A stretch of 58,066 nucleotides of DNA, the filler included, from Sluysia triapertura (lineage: Eukaryota): NCBI GenBank assembly GCA_046118255.1. It is 4 parts of 4 records of this genome, joined end to end, with 100 filler letters (N's around TTAATTAATTAA, not from the genome) between each part and the next. Parts side by side here need not be neighbours in the genome. Positions count along the whole stretch, not along the records: positions 43,322 to 58,066 come from JBJNIA010249756.1; 3 more parts are not named here. The stretch is one strand, 5' to 3'. A program made the translations under genes and the position numbers. Under the pieces are notes generated by a model. That model saw only the letters and a program-made list of their open reading frames with translations. It did no database searches and was not told the DNA's origin. Shown here in pieces: positions 52,501-58,066 of the stretch; position 1 is the stretch's first letter; every line of letters starts with the position of its first letter.

Positions 52501-55500
52501 CAAATTACTTTTACACATTTTATTAAGGTTTTCATAGCCTTTTCATATGCTATCAAAAAATACTACCATCATTGTTGTTCGCGATTTATCCGTTAATCAT
52601 ATTTATTACAATTATTATCATTATTATTTCCATTATTAATAATAATATCAATAATTACAATAACTGTAATACAAATTTTATTATTACTTTTACAGTAATT
52701 TCTTATAATTATTATTTAATTTTTAATTTAATTTTAGATTCAGACCTGATAGATTATTTCTTTTGATTTATTAACATAACGTGAATGTATTTGTAATCAA
52801 ATATTTTTACATACTCTAACATTAATAACTATGTTTGGATATAATCATTAGATCATCAATATCAATCCTCTGACCGAGGACCCGATGGCCTATCAGCTAA
52901 AGTATTTTTCCACTTGTAAATCGCGAATTTTTGCATTGTGAAGTTTGCATTAAGCGCATATAATTGGATATTTTTTTGTTGTAATAATCCTAACATCTGT
53001 TCTAATTTTCACAGGATTCCAATTTGTAAAGTAGCATAGATGGTTTACTTTAATTTTAATTCTTGAGGATCATTCTCAAAAGATTTGTTCCATTTAAATT
53101 TCTGATAGACTTTGCCCAATCGGAGCAGAATTTCTCTAATAGCGAATCCTACTACATCGAATTGTTTGTACTTTTTCTGGAAATGGTTCACTGCACCTCT
53201 TTAGATTGCGTGTCAAAACATTTTTGCTTGGACTCACATATGATAGCATCGCAGAACAGTTATTGATGATGATCCTACGAATCTAATACTAGAAGTTTTA
53301 TAAAAGGGCAAGCTACACCATAAAATGCTTAATTTTAAAATTGATGATAGTAATTGAGGATAAAGAGGCTCGTAACTTCTCTGAATTAGATGTATGCAGA
53401 ATACATATAATGATGGTAGTTTAAAAATACTAATTATGGACATGAAAATGGGAAAGCAGACAAAATATTGTTGAACAATGACACTCGTTGTTTGTTGTTC
53501 AGTGATATAAAGAATATTGTTTCTAAGATTCAGATAAATGAGTAATGTGTCAAAATGGTGTAATCAGCGACTCATAGTACCAGCTAATAAAGATGAAGCG
53601 AAACCGGAACTGGATAAATTATTAATTGATGATAGTGGAAATAAAATATTGTGTACGGTGTTGATTTCGGATAGGTGAAGATAGAAGTGTTTCGTTTATT
53701 ATCCCTTCAAAAAGTGACATCAAAGTATGGTGATGCTAAGTTATTTTCTTTGCTTGACATAAAGAAAGACATCTTAATAAACCTAATTAGTAGAAAAAGT
53801 TATTTGTTGTTCTGCCTTAACATTTAGTACAGAACTACATTTTTATTTTATTCTAATTTTGTCACAGTAATTTTAATGTAATATATAAATAACAAAAAAT
53901 TCAAAATTAACTTGTTGAACTGGTTCAGCTTTATTTTGATGAAGTTTTTCATTTTTTGCTTGACGCAAAATCTTTCTATATTCTTTAGGAAATACTTTAA
54001 CAAATTTAGACATCGAATCCCGCCAGTTATTCAATATATCTTCACCAATCTGTAATAAAACATAAATAAAATAATATCATCTACATAAACATACCGTTGA
54101 TTCAGTATAGTTAGTAAATTCTAATAAAGTTTCTTTGAGAAAATTTTCATCGATACTGTCGTTTTTGATAGGTTCTAAATCAACAAAATCCATGTTGCAT
54201 ACGCGAGAAAAGTTGTCAGCATTATTTCGGCTATAAACATAGGCAATTCCACCTGACATTCCTGCTGCAAAATTACGACCAGTTGGCCCCAAAATTATTA
54301 CACGTCCTCCTGTCATGTATTCGCAACCATGATCGCCAACACCTTGTTAATAATAAAAAAAATAAAATGAAAAATAGAAATAGAAATAGAGAACCGGAAA
54401 TTAAAAAATAGATTGACAAAATTTAATCCAAATTATATGACCAAACACGAATTTTATTTAAAATCCTAAAAAGAAACATAAGATCAATTCGGAAGAATTA
54501 CACACTGAAAAATGTGTAAAATTAATTGTTGTTTTTGTGCAAGATAAAAATTATCAAATTATAATTATTTAATAAAGAAACTAAGTCACAAACGGGCACA
54601 AGGCCTTAGCATTTGATAAAGTACTTTCTTATGTGTATCTAAGCCTTTTATATTAATTGACTGAACGGTTTTAAAGTGATTGTAAATAATTTAAAAGAAA
54701 TGTGAAAAATCTCTTAAAATATTAAAACGTATTATAGCAAGCTTAAAGCTTTTAAAATATCTAAAATTTAGAAGTCTTTCGCTATTCTGATTGGCTATCC
54801 AATACATTATGAAAAAAAAGAAAAATAAGTCATAAAATTTATCAACAAAAAGTGCAAAGATAGATTACTTGATTCATTAAATCTGTCTCCAATAAACTGA
54901 AATGCATAATTCTATTCGCAAACTTTCCATCGTTCTTTAGAAGCATTACTCTAATTTTTTGAAAATCTAAGAGCAAGCAGCATCAACCTTTCAATCAAAA
55001 TCGATCCAAGATCCAATGACATCTTCATTAAATCTATATTTCCTTTTTGTGTTATTTAAAATCTAAAATACAGATGTTTCTTGTCACTTTAAGATTTGAA
55101 ATATCTTTTATAACATTTATATCGATTGCACGATTGATATTTGTCCTTCAACAATTCACGGTTTTCGAATATTGGATTTTAAAATACGAAATTTAGTTAT
55201 TTCTAAATAAATTTGGCTAATTATTTGTGTCAATCCAAATAAATTTAAATTCAACTGCAATAAGAATAAATAAATGATTCGAATAATTTCAAAATTAAAA
55301 TTATCACTCTATAAATTTTGAACATAACCAATTTGATATTGATTGGAATGTTTCGGTAGAGAAATGATTTGATTTAACATTGAAAATGAATATTTTAACT
55401 TTGTAATGTATATTTTTATCATCAATTCATTAATAATTTTTTGATCCATTTGGATATGTTTTTTAGTACTTCATTTTCTTTCAAATATCACCATATCTCC

Positions 55501-57139
55501 ATTCTACTGTAACAAAGTCAATATTAAAACAACAAAAAAGATTAAAAGTGAAAATAAAAATTAACAATAAAATAAATTTTAATAATAAAATAGTAATAAT
55601 AGAAATATTTAATTGTTGCACTTAGTAAAATATTGGACATTAAATGTAAAGATGAAATGATAAATGATGGGATGAATTAATAATTTTTGTGTGCACATTG
55701 AAAAGACGTGTTTGATGTAATTAATTACGGTTTTAAATCACCATATGTACGTGAAAATAATTCCAACCTTCAACAACTGCAATAGCACCAGAATTTCTGA
55801 CACAAAATCTTTCTGCTGCCATGCCTCTCAAATAAACTTTACCACTTGTAGCACCATAGAGACAAACATTGCCAACTAAAATATTTTCTTCTGATTTAAA
55901 CGACGGATGTGACTTTTTAGGTGGTACAATTACCACTGTACCTCCAGATAAACCTTTTGCAACATAATCATTTGAATCTCCTTCAAGATGTACAGTTACA
56001 CCACCAACTAAGAAAGCACAGAAGCTCTGTCCGCCACTACCGGTTAGATTTATCTAAATGATTATATCATACATTCAGATATGATAAGCTTTTCAAAATA
56101 CGTTTGAAAAATATGATCAAACACTACTTATACTTAGGAAAAACAATTATCCCTAGGATCCTAATTATAACCAAATGTAACTACTCAGTTATAATGTACC
56201 AAAATTCTAATTGGCTATTTCTTCTTTTCCATTGAACATTATGCATTTTTTGGCTCCTTTCTACATCAGCTTTTATTACTAATAAGATGAATCAATGTCA
56301 TCCTCATCGGATATAAAATGCAGACATCATCATCATCATCATGTACTTCATCAATTACAATAACATATTGCAAGAAATTTTAACAACACTAACTGGAAAT
56401 GTCAAATATTAAATATCTCTATATTAAACTTGTTTTTAAATAAACTAAATTCTAATTGGCTATCTAATAATAATTCAGACAAACTTGATAATTCAAGTAA
56501 ATTTGAATTTATTGATAAATCCTGTAGCAGGTTTATTTAGCCTAAGCTATAACATATCACTTCACCTTTTGAAATATCAAACATTAAACTCATTAAGACT
56601 ATAATATAATATTACGACCAATAAAATCAAAAACAAATGTAATGTCAGTTGAATATTATTGACTTTGTACTTTAGCAGTAATTATGCAAATTTCACTGTT
56701 TTCGAGACACTATATAAAACATGAAAATAGGTAATTTATTCTACATAATATAAAAGCATTTTCACGTTCGAATATTCAAATATATTTGGGATTTATTTGA
56801 TATTCGTTATAATTATAATTATTAAATACTTACTTTAATGGATTTATGACTTGGCAACGAATTAGCTCCATAATGTTTTGAAATTGTGTAACTAAGTGTA
56901 GCTCCGAATGTACGATCACTATTTTTTATAACATCTTCAATTTCTATGCTAGAATTATCTTCAAATATTACTGATTTGGCTTTTTCAATTATACGATAAT
57001 CCATTCGTTTTTCGGTATTAAATTTTTGTGCCAATACTCCACCATGGCTAATTATATTTGGATGATCTTTAGATGGATTATATAGCATACGATCGAAATT
57101 AAGCAAAGCTGCTTTTGGATTAATGAAATCAGTTGATTG
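43540..57139 (-). CDS. GLT1: NADH-dependent glutamate synthase (fused GltB+GltD type), 8 exons: 57139-56834, 56053-55768, 54342-54095, 54049-53912, 47380-47105, 47068-46796, 45210-44958, 43712-43540
   Basis: Motifs [135 protein letters not shown]. All splice sites are GT-AG and phase-compatible. The 5' exons lie beyond the window and the 3' exons are missing at the spacer. Confidence 0.97.
46150..46620 (+). repeat. Dispersed repeat family B, copy 3 (intronic)
   Basis: Colinear match to 30040-30460 and 35600-36050. Confidence 0.8.
48444..48545 (+). ncRNA. tRNA-Ala-like element / tRNA-derived SINE
   Basis: 72-nt body 48444-48515: acceptor GGGCTGA/TCAGTCC with A73, D arm GCTC-AGTGGTA-GAGC, T arm with GTTCGATCC (Pol III A and B boxes). 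The anticodon arm is not canonical. Followed by TTTT, a shared 18-nt tail and (CTA)n. Confidence 0.78.
48962..49758 (+). pseudogene. Unknown-family cargo ORF inside the piggyBac-like element (one in-frame stop, one frameshift)
   Basis: A 137-aa ORF continues past TAA 49373-49375 as [35 protein letters not shown], then shifts into the 49483-49758 frame. No piggyBac DDD transposase motifs are visible. Confidence 0.55.
52890..53230 (-). mobile_element. Degenerate Ty3/gypsy RT-RNase H remnant (intronic)
   Basis: [53 protein letters not shown] (cf. FKW....AF..LK, LAYFD......TDAS, PIAYASRKL..AE.RYSQIEKE). Confidence 0.7.
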
Positions 57140-58066
57140 CTATAATTAGAAATTTACATAAAATTAAGCACTTAATTATCGTCAATAACTACCAAAAAAA
57201 TATTTATATTTAAAATCATAATTCGTAATATTTAATTCAAAAATAAAAACGATTAAAATTAACCTATTATCTTCAAAATTTTTTCTTTTAATAACTAAAT
57301 AACTTCTAAATATGAAATATTAAAATATTAAAAAAATAGTATATCATTATGCATTTAATTTAATTTTTTTGTATTTTTGGGTTAATCCATGCTTGCTGAT
57401 TAATAAACTTGAAAACAAATAAAATGCATTGCTTTTCCATTTACATTATCGATATATTACATGTGCATTCTGACGCACAGTATTGATTTATCAGTTATTC
57501 CAGAAGAAATTATTTCAATACTTCAATTTAAAATTTCAAACACCTTGGATAGAACAGAGTCGACATAGCAAAGGAGAAGAAAATGATTATTGTAGTGATG
57601 ATGATATATCATTATCATTTCCGTTGGATATGCTTGAAATATTTCCGTAAGAAGATTTTGAAATAACTTCTTAAATGAACACTCTTAATTTAACTTAAAA
57701 TAAATTATAATTATAATTATAATTATAATTATTGTTACATTGAATTAAAAATTTATATAAAAATTATATTGATGTATAATATGTATTATATTTATATGAA
57801 AAGTGCTTACTATACACAACAAAAATTCCGGAATAAATTAATGCCAATTCTAATTTCTTGGTGCATGGATTTGAAAGAATGAATTGAAAACACTCATTAT
57901 TGCTATTTTTGAATGATATGTGGGATTAAAATATTTCAAAATTAAGAAATAAAAATTATTTGATTATGAAATGCACTTTTATTAAGGCATAAAATTATTA
58001 AGGCATAAAACGATCAAGATAACAATAGTGAGTCTTAATAATTCATAAGCTTCAAAGACGCAACAA

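Noticed and set aside
54880-55200. Possible pogo/CENP-B-like transposase relic on the minus strand
   Set aside because: Only faint, fragmentary resemblance; too weak to call.

Overview
Very AT-rich eukaryotic (animal, probably invertebrate) genomic DNA with spliceosomal GT-AG introns; not prokaryotic. Three identical 100-nt spacers (44 N + TTAATTAATTAA + 44 N) split the window into four segments that may not be truly adjacent. Recognisable genes: one internal exon of a Na+/K+-ATPase alpha subunit (+), an intronless rhodopsin-class peptide-type GPCR (-), the 3' part of a small heat-shock (alpha-crystallin domain) gene (-), and eight exons of a fused NADH-dependent glutamate synthase (-) with introns from 36 nt to 6.5 kb. 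There is also an LRRC74-like leucine-rich-repeat pseudogene split by a hAT MITE. The rest is dense in transposon relics (L2-clade LINE, Ty3/gypsy pol fragments and a tRNA-Leu PBS, mariner/Tc1 fragments, MITEs, dispersed repeats). Most notable: (i) a 2.3-kb TTAA-flanked piggyBac-like element in the glutamate synthase intron that carries a non-transposase cargo ORF, apparently homologous to a second unknown ORF at 11.4 kb; (ii) a two-copy tRNA-Ala-like element that keeps the G3:U70 alanylation determinant but has a non-canonical anticodon arm. All family assignments are by eye from remembered motifs; no searches were run.
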